A DNA stretch of 64,000 nt from a virus. Every line of letters begins with the position of its first letter. The first letter of the stretch is position 1. The position numbers and the translations under genes were made by a program. The notes beneath the pieces were generated by a model. It did no database searches, was not told the origin of the DNA, and saw only the letters and a program-made list of their open reading frames with translations. The DNA is taken from positions 9,836 to 73,835 of the IMG/VR virus record IMGVR_UViG_3300009702_000023; one strand, 5' to 3'. Positions 36,169-45,907 of this stretch are shown piece after piece.

Positions 36169-38639
36169 TGTCAGATATGATTTCATTTGGTAAATATAAA
36201 GGACAAAAACTGAAAAATATTCCAATTGATTATATTAAATGGGCAGCCAAGAATATTACACAAAATGATACTCGGAAACTTTTTGAAACTGAATTGCAAA
36301 ATCGGGAGACCAAAAATTATAACCCTTTGATTTTCGGAAAGAACCAAACAGAAAAAATTATTAATATAACTATTGAACCAGGCAATGCTATTATATATAA
36401 AGCAGATAATACCCGTGAAATAATCGAATATGATCCGTGGGTTTTAACCCCATATCCTGCGAAAAAATATCAATCTGAAGAACTTAAAGGAGATCAGTAT
36501 TATAAATATTTAACACATGTCCCAGATAATCACTACAAAGAATTAATAGCAAATCGGTTTAAACGTGATATGTGGGTGCCACGCAGTCTTGAAGAAGGCT
36601 TTATGTTAAAATACGGATATACATATTTCAAGGGAATGAAAGTTTCCGATGTTTCACTTTTAAGCTTTGATATAGAAGCAACTGGACTTAATCCGAAAGC
36701 CAATAACGCTGAAGTTATTTTAATTTCAAATACATTTAGAGATCGAACTGGCGAGATTAAAACCCAATTATTCAGTATTAAAGATTATGATACTTGTAAA
36801 GAAATGATCGAAGATTGGTGTAAATGGGTTAGATTAGTAAACCCAGATATCATGTTAGGACATAATGTATTTGCATATGACCTGCCCTACTTAAGTGAAC
36901 ATGCCGAATTGTCTTTGGGGCGAGATGGTTCTGAAATTACTTTTGAAGAGAAAGACTCTAAATTTCGTAAAGATGGGAGCCAATCTTATACTTATAATAA
37001 TGCGCATATTAATGGTAGAGAAATTATTGATACAATGTTTTTAAGTATTAAATATGATATCGGCAGAAACTTTCCCAGCTATGGATTAAAGCGAATTGAA
37101 AAATATTTAGATCTAGTCGATGATGACCGTATTGAATGGGATTTTAATAAGTATCCAACAAATAAATATAAAGAGTTTAGTGAAGAAACTTGGAATAGTT
37201 TTGTTGAATATTGTAATGCTGATAGTGATAGTCCAATTAAAATGTTTGATTTAATGGTTCCGTCATTTTTTTACTTGAACCAATCGGTGCCTAAAACATT
37301 ACAACAAATGATTAATGAAGCCGCCGGGGGGCAGCTAGATAGCCTCATGATTAGGTCTTATCTTCAGGATGGGTATAGTCAGCCTAAGTCATCAAATCGA
37401 GAATCATTTCAAGGGGCAATTTCAATGGGAACCCCCGGTATATATAAGAATGTTAAAAAAGTGGATGTTGCCAGTCTATATCCATCTATTATGCTTGAAT
37501 ATAATATATATAACAAACAAAAAGATCCTAATCGGCATATGCTAGAAATGCTAGAGTATTTTAGGAATGAAAGATTAACCAATAAAAAACTAGCTAAAGA
37601 AACTAAAGATAGTTATTATGTTGATATGCAATCCAGCCAAAAGATTATCATAAATTCAATGTATGGATTTATGGGCGCAGGTTATGTATTATACAACTAT
37701 CCAGAAGGCGCATCTAATGTGACTAGTCATGGCCGGGAGATTTTACAAAAAGGTGTTGAATGGGCAACTGGGGCTAGATTAAAAAAAGTTGTCAAACAAA
37801 TAAGGAATAAAGGTAAAGAAAATGAAGAAATAAAATATGAATGGGTTTTGGGAGATAAAGTTAGTGAAGGCCGGGGATATGCATTGGTAAATGTAGACAC
37901 AGATTCCTTTTCAGTTACAAATGGAATTAAACCAACGCAAGATGAATTTAATCAAGAAGTTGAGGAACTAAATTCAATATATCCGAAATTAATTCGATGG
38001 GAGAATGATGGCCTCTTCGACAAAGTGATTGTAATAAAAGCTAAGAATTATATTCTTGAGCATGATGGTAAAATTAAGTATAAGGGCAGTTCATTAACTG
38101 ATCAAAAGAAAGAACCAATATTACTTGAATTTCTAGAAAAAATGATTAATTGTTTATTAGAAAATGATTTAGATAAAATTGTAGGATTGTATGATAATTA
38201 TTGTTTGGACGCTTTAACTCTCAATGATATTTCAGCTTGGGTTACTAAAAAGACTATCACAAAATCTGTCTTAAATCCTGAAAGACTTAATGAGCAAAAA
38301 GTATTAGATGCTTGTAATGAAGCTATAGAAAAAAATGTAATTTCGGGGGTACAAGAAGGAGATAAGGTTTGGCTTTATCAAGCGATTGACGGAGAAATAG
38401 AAAAGCGGGCTAAAGGTGAAGTTGTGACATTAAAAGATGGCACACCAAAAATGATAGAAAAAACTGTATTAAGATTTCCGGAGCTATATAAAAATGATCA
38501 CGATAAATGGTATTATGTTGCCCGTGTTTATAAAACATTGAAAATATTAGAAAATGTTGTCGATATAAGCCAATTCACAAAATATAATTTAAAAGCAAAC
38601 CGGAGTAAATTAAAAAAACCCTTGACAAATGAGAAATAA
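36168..38639 (+). CDS. polB: Family B DNA polymerase with 3'-5' exonuclease
   Basis: FDIE, HNVFAYD, DVASLYPS, KIIINSMYG, DTDS, KNY; N-terminal FGKYKG module. Confidence 0.93.
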   Translation: MSDMISFGKYKGQKLKNIPIDYIKWAAKNITQNDTRKLFETELQNRETKNYNPLIFGKNQTEKIINITIEPGNAIIYKADNTREIIEYDPWVLTPYPAKKYQSEELKGDQYYKYLTHVPDNHYKELIANRFKRDMWVPRSLEEGFMLKYGYTYFKGMKVSDVSLLSFDIEATGLNPKANNAEVILISNTFRDRTGEIKTQLFSIKDYDTCKEMIEDWCKWVRLVNPDIMLGHNVFAYDLPYLSEHAELSLGRDGSEITFEEKDSKFRKDGSQSYTYNNAHINGREIIDTMFLSIKYDIGRNFPSYGLKRIEKYLDLVDDDRIEWDFNKYPTNKYKEFSEETWNSFVEYCNADSDSPIKMFDLMVPSFFYLNQSVPKTLQQMINEAAGGQLDSLMIRSYLQDGYSQPKSSNRESFQGAISMGTPGIYKNVKKVDVASLYPSIMLEYNIYNKQKDPNRHMLEMLEYFRNERLTNKKLAKETKDSYYVDMQSSQKIIINSMYGFMGAGYVLYNYPEGASNVTSHGREILQKGVEWATGARLKKVVKQIRNKGKENEEIKYEWVLGDKVSEGRGYALVNVDTDSFSVTNGIKPTQDEFNQEVEELNSIYPKLIRWENDGLFDKVIVIKAKNYILEHDGKIKYKGSSLTDQKKEPILLEFLEKMINCLLENDLDKIVGLYDNYCLDALTLNDISAWVTKKTITKSVLNPERLNEQKVLDACNEAIEKNVISGVQEGDKVWLYQAIDGEIEKRAKGEVVTLKDGTPKMIEKTVLRFPELYKNDHDKWYYVARVYKTLKILENVVDISQFTKYNLKANRSKLKKPLTNEK

Positions 38640-38892
38640 TGTGACAAAATTAAAGAAGAAGGGAGAAAAATTTAATTTAATTGATTATAGATATGCAAAA
38701 GACATAGTGGATGATTACCCAAAGTTATTAAGTGTTTTGGATAAATTAATTCCAATTTTGCGAGAGAGATCACAATATATGGCAGTATGGCAATTATTAC
38801 AAACCGCCGAAGAAAGTAGATTATTATTAAGAAATCAATTTGAATATTATCGAGAAATATATAAAAAGAAAGGTAAGGTAACTCGTGGCTAA
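38629..38892 (+). CDS. Hypothetical protein
   Basis: ORF track. Confidence 0.5.
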   Translation: MRNNVTKLKKKGEKFNLIDYRYAKDIVDDYPKLLSVLDKLIPILRERSQYMAVWQLLQTAEESRLLLRNQFEYYREIYKKKGKVTRG

Positions 38893-40171
38893 TGTTTTAA
38901 GAGATATAGATAGAATTAAAAACGCCATTGAAAAAGCCGCATCTAATGCTAATATACATCCACGTCAAGTCACTAAAACACAAATTTTCGAAACTGATTC
39001 GGAGATTAGCGATTGGATGATTCGAAAGGCTGGCGGGATTAGTGCAATCAAAAATAATTTTGCAATTACAACAAAAGATTTGGCAGAGATTCAGAGTTAT
39101 AAAGATGTTAATAAATATATTGCATCTTTGGAAAAACGGGTGGCTCAAAAAGAGTTATTTGAAAAGGAAGTTAAAGAAAAAATAAACTCACTATTGACCC
39201 CAATTAAAGTAAAACCATATAAAGCTAATAGAAAAGCATCAAAATTAAAAAGAGAAAATGTTGTTATGCTTAATGATGTTCACTACGGATTAATTGTTAA
39301 CCCTGATGAAGTCGGGGGCTCAAATAAATTTAGCTGGACTGAAGCTTGTCGTCGAACTGCATTTTTAACTAAACAAGTTTGTGAGTATAAACTAGATAAA
39401 CGCAATGAAGTTGATCGGCTACATGTAATTTTAAATGGCGATATGTTACAAGGAGTAATTCACGATTTAACAGCTAGAACCGCAGAATTATTAATTCATC
39501 AAGTTAATGGTGCCGTTCATATTTTGGGATATATGATTTCTAATTTAGCTACCAACTATAGAGAAGTTGTGGTTCATGGTGTATCGGGTAATCATGATGA
39601 TGCTCATCACCGGCGCGAAGGTGGGCGAGTTTTATCGCATAAATATGATTCATATACCAATATGGTTTATTTTGCATTAAGTGCAATGTTTAAAGATCAA
39701 CCTAATGTGAAGTTTGATTTTCCTAAGAATTTATATGGAGCAGTTGATTTGCCAAATGGCCGAATTATTTATACACATGGTGATACAATGTTCTCTTCCG
39801 AACTAGGAAATCCGGGTAAAAGTTTAAATACTAAATCTTTAGGAGATTCATTGAGTAGGTTCAATTCGGGGGAAATAGACAAAAACAATCCTAAAGCTAA
39901 AATGTTTTTATTTGGTCATGTACATTCTCATGCCGAATTTACCGCATTTGATGGAACTAAAGTTATGATTGCGCCAAGTTTATCGGGGGTTGATAGTTTC
40001 GCCGCATCTTTGGCGATTAATCATAATCAAATTGGTCAATTACTATTTGAATCAACAAGTGAGTATATTGCTGGAGATAAGAGATTAATTGAATTACTTA
40101 AAGCCGATAAAGATGAATCATTGGATAAAATTATCCCTATTTTTAAGAATAAATTATCATGGATGAAGTAA
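38885..40171 (+). CDS. Calcineurin-like metallophosphoesterase/nuclease
   Basis: NDVH, NGD, GNHD, HGD, GHVH. Confidence 0.85.
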   Translation: MANVLRDIDRIKNAIEKAASNANIHPRQVTKTQIFETDSEISDWMIRKAGGISAIKNNFAITTKDLAEIQSYKDVNKYIASLEKRVAQKELFEKEVKEKINSLLTPIKVKPYKANRKASKLKRENVVMLNDVHYGLIVNPDEVGGSNKFSWTEACRRTAFLTKQVCEYKLDKRNEVDRLHVILNGDMLQGVIHDLTARTAELLIHQVNGAVHILGYMISNLATNYREVVVHGVSGNHDDAHHRREGGRVLSHKYDSYTNMVYFALSAMFKDQPNVKFDFPKNLYGAVDLPNGRIIYTHGDTMFSSELGNPGKSLNTKSLGDSLSRFNSGEIDKNNPKAKMFLFGHVHSHAEFTAFDGTKVMIAPSLSGVDSFAASLAINHNQIGQLLFESTSEYIAGDKRLIELLKADKDESLDKIIPIFKNKLSWMK

Positions 40172-40416
40172 CACTTACCGATCTATCAAAAGAAGAGATT
40201 ATTCAATTATACGAAGAATTACGTAAAGAATGCGCTAGGATTAAATCAAAATCTAGTGCTAGAAAAAGACATCTTCGGGATATGAATAAAAAAATTGAAT
40301 TATATATAGCAATGATTGATGCAAGTATTTCTGATGCAGCACGTTTTAAGGCTGAAACAGAATTATGGAAAAATAGATATTTTGCGTTATTGGAGAAAAA
40401 AGATGGCCTCGACTAG
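40159..40416 (+). CDS. Hypothetical coiled-coil protein
   Basis: ORF track. Confidence 0.5.
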   Translation: MDEVTLTDLSKEEIIQLYEELRKECARIKSKSSARKRHLRDMNKKIELYIAMIDASISDAARFKAETELWKNRYFALLEKKDGLD

Positions 40417-40987
40417 TGTTAAAACTGACGAACTAGATCAATGGCATGAATACGGAGTTTATACCCCCGCTAGATTAATTGATTGTGGCGGCGATATTGA
40501 TGAAGCTAAAGCCACTGAATTAATTAAAAATATTCGTTTATTAGATTATGTTAATAATAATGATATTGTTATATTGATTAATACACAAGGTGGGGACGTT
40601 CATCAAGGAATGGCAATTTTTGATGCAATCAAAGAATGTAATAGTAAAGTAATTACTCATGCTGTGGGACCATGTTGGTCGATGGGAAGCATAATATTAC
40701 AAGCTGGGGATATTAGAAAAATATCAGCAAACGCAACATTAATGTTACATATTGGAACTGAGGAAATGCCGGAAAATCATCCGACTATTAATAGACGATG
40801 GATGAAAGAAAATGATCGAATTGAAAAAGTAATTGTTGACATATTATATAAAAAAATAAAACAAAAGAAAACGAGATTTCAAAAAAAACAGTTGAATGAG
40901 ATGATAGTTTTTGATACAATATTAACATCGAAGCAAGTTATTGAATATGGATTAGTTGATACTATTGAGGAACATAAAGAGTTATAA
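40403..40987 (+). CDS. clpP: ClpP-like protease subunit
   Basis: INTQGGDV, SMG (Ser), R....NATLMLH (His), YGLVD. Confidence 0.85.
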   Translation: MASTSVKTDELDQWHEYGVYTPARLIDCGGDIDEAKATELIKNIRLLDYVNNNDIVILINTQGGDVHQGMAIFDAIKECNSKVITHAVGPCWSMGSIILQAGDIRKISANATLMLHIGTEEMPENHPTINRRWMKENDRIEKVIVDILYKKIKQKKTRFQKKQLNEMIVFDTILTSKQVIEYGLVDTIEEHKEL

Positions 40988-40998
40988 CCGGAGGAATA

Positions 40999-41385
40999 AT
41001 GAATAAAGATGACAGCATTGATTGCAAAAAAATAGTTACAGAAATTAAAGTCGGTAATAGATTTAATGATGATAAAGTTCGTTGGAGAAATTTTCCTTTG
41101 TGGCTGCTCGAAGATTTAATGAAAGTCGGGGCCAAGGGAGAATATAAATACGGAACTTATAATTTTTTAAAAGGATTATATATTAATGACACCCTCGATT
41201 CACTAAAGCGGCATTTGATGAAATTTGAAAGCCCATATTTGCCCGACATAGATGATGAAAGTGGTTTAAATCATTTGTACCACATTGCGTGGAATGCTCT
41301 TGTTGCGGCCCATATGATGCGAACTAGGCCCGAATTAGATGATAGATACAAACTAGAGGAAAAAGATGAGAAATCTAATTTATAA
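40999..41385 (+). CDS. dATP/dGTP diphosphohydrolase domain protein (DUF5664-like)
   Basis: K.RW, G..KYG..N...G, RHL, D.ESGL.HL.H.AWN. Confidence 0.8.
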   Translation: MNKDDSIDCKKIVTEIKVGNRFNDDKVRWRNFPLWLLEDLMKVGAKGEYKYGTYNFLKGLYINDTLDSLKRHLMKFESPYLPDIDDESGLNHLYHIAWNALVAAHMMRTRPELDDRYKLEEKDEKSNL

Positions 41386-41572
41386 ATTATTTGTTAAATA
41401 TTTTTTACCAAAGCACCAGTTAGTAATTGGCGATTATATAAAAGATTTAGCTGATCAAAGATATAGAGTTGAAGCACTTTATTATGATACATCATTACAA
41501 TCAGTTGTCATAGCCGTAGATGAAAATGGTAATTTAAGATCATTTGTTGAAAAAGGAATTGATAAAATATGA
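41366..41572 (+). CDS. Hypothetical protein
   Basis: GAGG RBS. Confidence 0.5.
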   Translation: MRNLIYKLFVKYFLPKHQLVIGDYIKDLADQRYRVEALYYDTSLQSVVIAVDENGNLRSFVEKGIDKI

Positions 41573-41735
41573 AAACTCAATCTATTTGGTATTCGCCCGA
41601 AGAAGATAAAATTAGGCTGTCTACAAGAGAAGATGGTTATATCTTTAAAGATGAATTTGGGGAGTTTCATTGTTGGTTGAGTATGGATTTATATAAAGCA
41701 TATAAACAAGTGAAATATTATTATATAGGTAAATT

Positions 41736-41948
41736 ATGAAAATATATAAAAAGGGGACAAAAGTTAGATTTTATTGGTGTGCTAATATGGTGGGAACAGA
41801 GGATTATGAGGAAGAAGTATTAGAAACTGATTGTACTACGGAAGAACTAGATGAAATAGCAAGAGAATATATGGAGAATAATCTTCGACCGGAATCGTGG
41901 TTTGTTTCCGAAGATAAAGATGGATTTGAACGTGAATCTAGATGGTAA
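41736..41948 (+). CDS. Acidic hypothetical protein
   Basis: ORF track. Confidence 0.55.
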   Translation: MKIYKKGTKVRFYWCANMVGTEDYEEEVLETDCTTEELDEIAREYMENNLRPESWFVSEDKDGFERESRW

Positions 41949-41980
41949 TAAAAATTAGTAGATTAAAAATAAAATATATT

Positions 41981-42097
41981 GCAAGGCAGTGGGGAGTTTG
42001 TGGATTATCTTGGCGGGGTTCGGTAGCCTTAGTCATCGAGTGTAGGGTAGAGGCTATACAAAGCAAACTAGTCAGAGTCGCGTCTGGCCCTTGCGCC
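41981..42097 (+). ncRNA. tRNA-like structured small RNA
   Basis: GCAAGG/CCTTGC acceptor-like stem, GTCAGA-gtcgcg-TCTGGC T-arm-like hairpin, AGTTTG/CAAACT and TAGCCT/AGGCTA inner stems, then GCC and T-run. Confidence 0.6.
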
Positions 42098-42149
42098 TTT
42101 TTTATTAACCTTCCGGATAGTTCAATACTAAAAATTTATAAATAAATCA

Positions 42150-42177
42150 TTGACTTCTCTGACTAATCATGTATAAT
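42150..42177 (+). promoter_or_regulatory. Sigma70-type promoter
   Basis: TTGACT-N16-TATAAT. Confidence 0.6.
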
Positions 42178-42200
42178 AAAGGTATATAAAGGAGAAAATC

Positions 42201-42878
42201 ATGAGTAATTCAAAAAATAATTCGGGTCATGATAATTCGGGCGATTATAATTCGGGCAATTATAATTCGGGCTATCGTAATTCGGGCTATCGTAATTCGG
42301 GCGATGATAATTCGGGCAATCGTAATTCGGGCTATCGTAATTCGGGCAATTATAATTCTGGTCATTATAATTCGGGCTATAATAATTCGGGCAATTATAA
42401 TTCGGGCGATTATAATTCGGGCAATTATAATTCGGGCAATTATAATTCGGGCTATCGTAATTCGGGCCATAATAATTCGGGCGATTATAATTCCGGTTTT
42501 TTTAACACGAATAGTCCTAAACTTAGATTATTTAATAAAGAAACAAATATGAAAAAATCTGATATAGTTATTCCATATTTAAATTTACCAATTACCGAAT
42601 GGATTTCTGAAAAAAATATGACTGATAAACAGAAAAAGGATAACCCAGATTTTCATACTAAGGAAGGAATTTTAATTACCAGATCATATAAAGAGGCATG
42701 GCAAATTGCATGGGCTAAGGCTACTCCAGAGCAAAAACAAGAATTCCTAGATTTACCCAATTTTGATGCCGATATCTTCTTAGAGATAACCGGAGTAGAT
42801 GTTAGGAAGAAAGATTCGTGTGATGGTAAGGTTGTTGAAATTGATGGTAAAAAATATAAACTAAGTGAGATAAAATGA
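42201..42878 (+). CDS. Second NSGxx pentapeptide-repeat protein
   Basis: 19 NSGxx units; C-domain paralogous to 22344..23414. Confidence 0.85.
   Translation: MSNSKNNSGHDNSGDYNSGNYNSGYRNSGYRNSGDDNSGNRNSGYRNSGNYNSGHYNSGYNNSGNYNSGDYNSGNYNSGNYNSGYRNSGHNNSGDYNSGFFNTNSPKLRLFNKETNMKKSDIVIPYLNLPITEWISEKNMTDKQKKDNPDFHTKEGILITRSYKEAWQIAWAKATPEQKQEFLDLPNFDADIFLEITGVDVRKKDSCDGKVVEIDGKKYKLSEIK
42219..42503 (+). repeat. 19 x 15-bp coding tandem repeat
   Basis: Largely the same unit set as 22635-23099. Confidence 0.95.
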
Positions 42879-43168
42879 CCAAAGATGAATTAGAAGTGGG
42901 AATGATTATATGTCGTAAAAATTTTTGTTCAAGAACTATACTTGACATAGGTGAAAAAATGTATTTTTATAAAAATATAGCGGGTGAAGCTACGGCTAAT
43001 ATATCAGAATTAGGACCATGGCAACCAAAAAAGAAAACTAAGACTGTGGAGGTTTTTGAATGGTATTATGTTAATGATGGTGTAGTATCTATATGCTGGA
43101 ATAGTAAACAAATGTTCCCTAATTTTAAAAAGACTGGTAATTCTAAAATGATTGAGGTAGAAGTATGA
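42875..43168 (+). CDS. Hypothetical protein
   Basis: ATGA coupled. Confidence 0.5.
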   Translation: MTKDELEVGMIICRKNFCSRTILDIGEKMYFYKNIAGEATANISELGPWQPKKKTKTVEVFEWYYVNDGVVSICWNSKQMFPNFKKTGNSKMIEVEV

Positions 43169-43362
43169 AATATATTAACTCAAAGATATATATTAATCGA
43201 ATTACTGGCCATATAGTAGAAGCTGGTACATATCAGAAACCTATATCTCGCTATAGTGGTGTGATAATGATAGGATCTTATGTCAAATACGGCAATCATG
43301 GCAAGCAAATATTTATTGATTATGCTGTAGGAAAAGACTATAGATATGTTGGAAAATTATAG
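43165..43362 (+). CDS. Hypothetical protein
   Basis: ATGA coupled. Confidence 0.45.
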   Translation: MKYINSKIYINRITGHIVEAGTYQKPISRYSGVIMIGSYVKYGNHGKQIFIDYAVGKDYRYVGKL

Positions 43363-43380
43363 AAAGTTAAAGGGGAAGAA

Positions 43381-43581
43381 ATGAGCCAAGGATACTGTTA
43401 TAACCCCGATTGCCCAATAAGGACGAAAGAACGTCCCTGGCCTAGGAGCGACTGGAAGTTTAGATATAAAAAAGTTACATCCAAGAACGGCAAAAAGTAT
43501 TACAGAAGACTGCCATTATGTAACCATTGCAATGAGCGGATCACTTTTGTAACGCATATGCAATCAGAACCTTGGTGGTAA
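43381..43581 (+). CDS. Zn-ribbon hypothetical protein
   Basis: CYNPDC...CNHC. Confidence 0.5.
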   Translation: MSQGYCYNPDCPIRTKERPWPRSDWKFRYKKVTSKNGKKYYRRLPLCNHCNERITFVTHMQSEPWW

Positions 43582-43847
43582 AATGATTAAAATAAAGGAG
43601 TAGAATGATGACAGATATTACATATTCAATACAGATTGAAAGTAAATTTGTAGGTTATGCATCTAAAATAGATGAAATATTTATATATTGGTGTGATGGC
43701 GATATTATACATTGTCTTGGTGAATTATGATAGTCGATATGAGTTTTGGTGCAGTTCTAAAAAGAATATGATTTGTTAAGGACAGCGGCGATTAATCATC
43801 ATATTGCTAAAGTTGTCGCTAAATTTTAATAAGGAAAGAAATTTAAT

Positions 43848-44114
43848 ATGGCAAATTTTAAATTTGAAACTATGACAGTTAATCTTACTTGCGAGGAAAT
43901 GTGGACAATTATGTGGGCTCTTTGTAGACAGATAAAAAGTTGTATAGATAACCCTCACTATAAAAGATATCCAGATTCTTTTGAATCAAATATGGAGGAT
44001 CGAATTACTTTAGCAAAACAATTTGGATTAGCATTAGGTCGTCCTGATATACCAGAATCTAGTATTAATGATTTTATAGAATGGTGTAAAAAAATTAAAA
44101 AGGAGATTGATTAG
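43848..44114 (+). CDS. Hypothetical protein
   Basis: ORF track. Confidence 0.5.
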   Translation: MANFKFETMTVNLTCEEMWTIMWALCRQIKSCIDNPHYKRYPDSFESNMEDRITLAKQFGLALGRPDIPESSINDFIEWCKKIKKEID

Positions 44115-44166
44115 ATGAAAATTTATGAATCTATACCTTTTGATTTAAAAATATTAAATTATAATA

Positions 44167-44439
44167 ATGATTAATTTGATAGGATGGTTTGCTAGTTTAT
44201 CTTTCAGTTTATCAGCATTGCCACAGGCATATTATTGTTATAAACATGGTAATGCAAATGGTATATCTTTTTTATTTATTTTATTATGGGGAAGTGGTGA
44301 GATATTAACTTTGGTTTATGTATTATTGAAACATGGTTATGATTTACCATTAGTTACAAATTATTTAATGAATTTATTATTTTTATTTATAATACTGAAA
44401 TATAAATTATTTCCGAGGAGGAATAATGAAAGTAAATAA
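44167..44439 (+). CDS. PQ-loop (SemiSWEET-like) membrane protein
   Basis: Three TMs; LPQ....K...A.GIS motif. Confidence 0.8.
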   Translation: MINLIGWFASLSFSLSALPQAYYCYKHGNANGISFLFILLWGSGEILTLVYVLLKHGYDLPLVTNYLMNLLFLFIILKYKLFPRRNNESK

Positions 44440-44815
44440 GAATGAACTTAGATCGGCATTTGATTGTGATGGGACATTGGTTTTGTGGCCCGACGATCAT
44501 ATGATGCCAAAAGAGGGTAGAGTTAAATTTGACTGTCCCTATGAACCGGGAGTATCATTTTATTTAATTCCGCATAAACAACATATTAATTATCTAATCG
44601 CCAAGAAGAAGCGAGGCTATGAGGTTACCGTATGGTCACAGAACGGGTTTGCTTGGGCCGAGACAGTAGTTAATACACTGGGATTAAAAGAATATGTTGA
44701 TAATGTTGAAACTAAATTTGATACTTATTTTGATGATTTACCAGCAGATCAATGGATGAGTCGAGTGTTTGTTAAACAAAATGTTGATTCAATTGAAAAA
44801 AAGCTTGACAAATGA
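44426..44815 (+). CDS. HAD-superfamily phosphatase
   Basis: FDCDGTL, VWS..G..WA, K, DD. Confidence 0.8.
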   Translation: MKVNKNELRSAFDCDGTLVLWPDDHMMPKEGRVKFDCPYEPGVSFYLIPHKQHINYLIAKKKRGYEVTVWSQNGFAWAETVVNTLGLKEYVDNVETKFDTYFDDLPADQWMSRVFVKQNVDSIEKKLDK

Positions 44816-44833
44816 TTAATCTTATGATATATT
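44805..44833 (+). promoter_or_regulatory. Sigma70-type promoter
   Basis: AAAAAAGC-TTGACA-N17-TATATT. Confidence 0.6.
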
Positions 44834-44985
44834 GGTAATTATGGAAATAAATAAATTAAAAAGTGACATAAATAATTGTGATATTTGCGGAGAAAAGTCT
44901 AATCACGGGGTACATCATTTCGAAGGCCAAGTGGTTAAAAATCAATATTATTGTGAAAAACACTTTTTAAGTGAGGTAAGATATC

Positions 44986-45255
44986 GTGGGCGAAAAAGTA
45001 AAAGTCATAGAAATATTCAAAAAAAGTGAAAAGGTACAACCAACCGGAGTTATCACTTTTCATACCGGATTAGATAATTTGCTTGAGCCGGGGGAATACG
45101 GTATATTAACCCCCGAAGCTGATAATACCGATAAAATTATTCTTAACCCTTTATACACCGGGGGGGAGCTTTTAGTTAAAATGCGCATTATTGGTCAACC
45201 CGCAAAAATGTTTAAAAATGGAGATAAAATAGCTAATCTTGTCATTATGGGATAG
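44986..45255 (+). CDS. Degenerate dUTPase-fold protein
   Basis: HTGL...LEPGEYG.L; Y.G.EL.V; KNGDKIANLVI; catalytic motifs missing. Confidence 0.4.
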   Translation: MGEKVKVIEIFKKSEKVQPTGVITFHTGLDNLLEPGEYGILTPEADNTDKIILNPLYTGGELLVKMRIIGQPAKMFKNGDKIANLVIMG

Positions 45256-45257
45256 TT

Positions 45258-45518
45258 ATGTCTAAAAGCAAAAATAAGAATAAAACGGAAGTTGAACATC
45301 TTCGCGGAATAATTAGGCAATTAAAAGCTCAATTAAAATATTATAGAAAACGCGAGCACCTAAATGAAAAAGATACAGAAGAAGATGAAACAATTGAGAT
45401 TAACGCAAATTGCCCAGAATGCGGTAAAGGAGTATTGGAAGAAGTTGATTTACATTTAATCAAATTAATTCGATGTCCAGTTTGTAAATATGAAAAACGC
45501 GAAAGAAATAAAAGATAA
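45258..45518 (+). CDS. Coiled-coil plus Zn-ribbon protein
   Basis: CPECG...CPVC. Confidence 0.55.
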   Translation: MSKSKNKNKTEVEHLRGIIRQLKAQLKYYRKREHLNEKDTEEDETIEINANCPECGKGVLEEVDLHLIKLIRCPVCKYEKRERNKR

Positions 45519-45870
45519 ATTTTTACGTAATTGGCTTATACAAAAATTAAGACGTATGAGCTATCAATGGCCCGCCAGAAAAGCGGCTCTTAAAAAAGCT
45601 CGTGTATCTCGTGGCAAATATAGATGTGCTATGTGTGAAGATGCAGGAGTTGATGCATTATATGGCCCTAAACAAATTAATGTCGATCATATTATACCAG
45701 TTATATCAGTTGATGATGGATTTGTTGATTGGAATATATATATAGAAAGATTATTCTGTTCCGAAGATGGATTTCAAATATTATGTAAACCCTGCCACGA
45801 AATCAAAACGTATTTGGAAAATGATATTAGACGCCAAGTAAATAGTGAAAAAAATGACGACGATTTATAA
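45490..45870 (+). CDS. HNH endonuclease
   Basis: CAMC...VDHIIP...FQILCKPCH. Confidence 0.85.
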   Translation: MKNAKEIKDKFLRNWLIQKLRRMSYQWPARKAALKKARVSRGKYRCAMCEDAGVDALYGPKQINVDHIIPVISVDDGFVDWNIYIERLFCSEDGFQILCKPCHEIKTYLENDIRRQVNSEKNDDDL

Positions 45871-45878
45871 AAAAAAGC

Positions 45879-45907
45879 TTGACAACCGATAAAATCTATG
45901 CTACATT
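45879..45907 (+). promoter_or_regulatory. Sigma70-type promoter
   Basis: AAAAAAGC-TTGACA-N17-TACATT. Confidence 0.6.

Noticed and set aside
40999-41385. Z-base (2-aminoadenine) genome
   Set aside because: No purZ or datZ is seen, and a DUF5664-like gene alone is insufficient.
41942-42145. 67-aa ORF or canonical tRNA
   Set aside because: The ORF overlies a structured GC island; there is no anticodon arm or TTC T-loop, so it is not a true tRNA.
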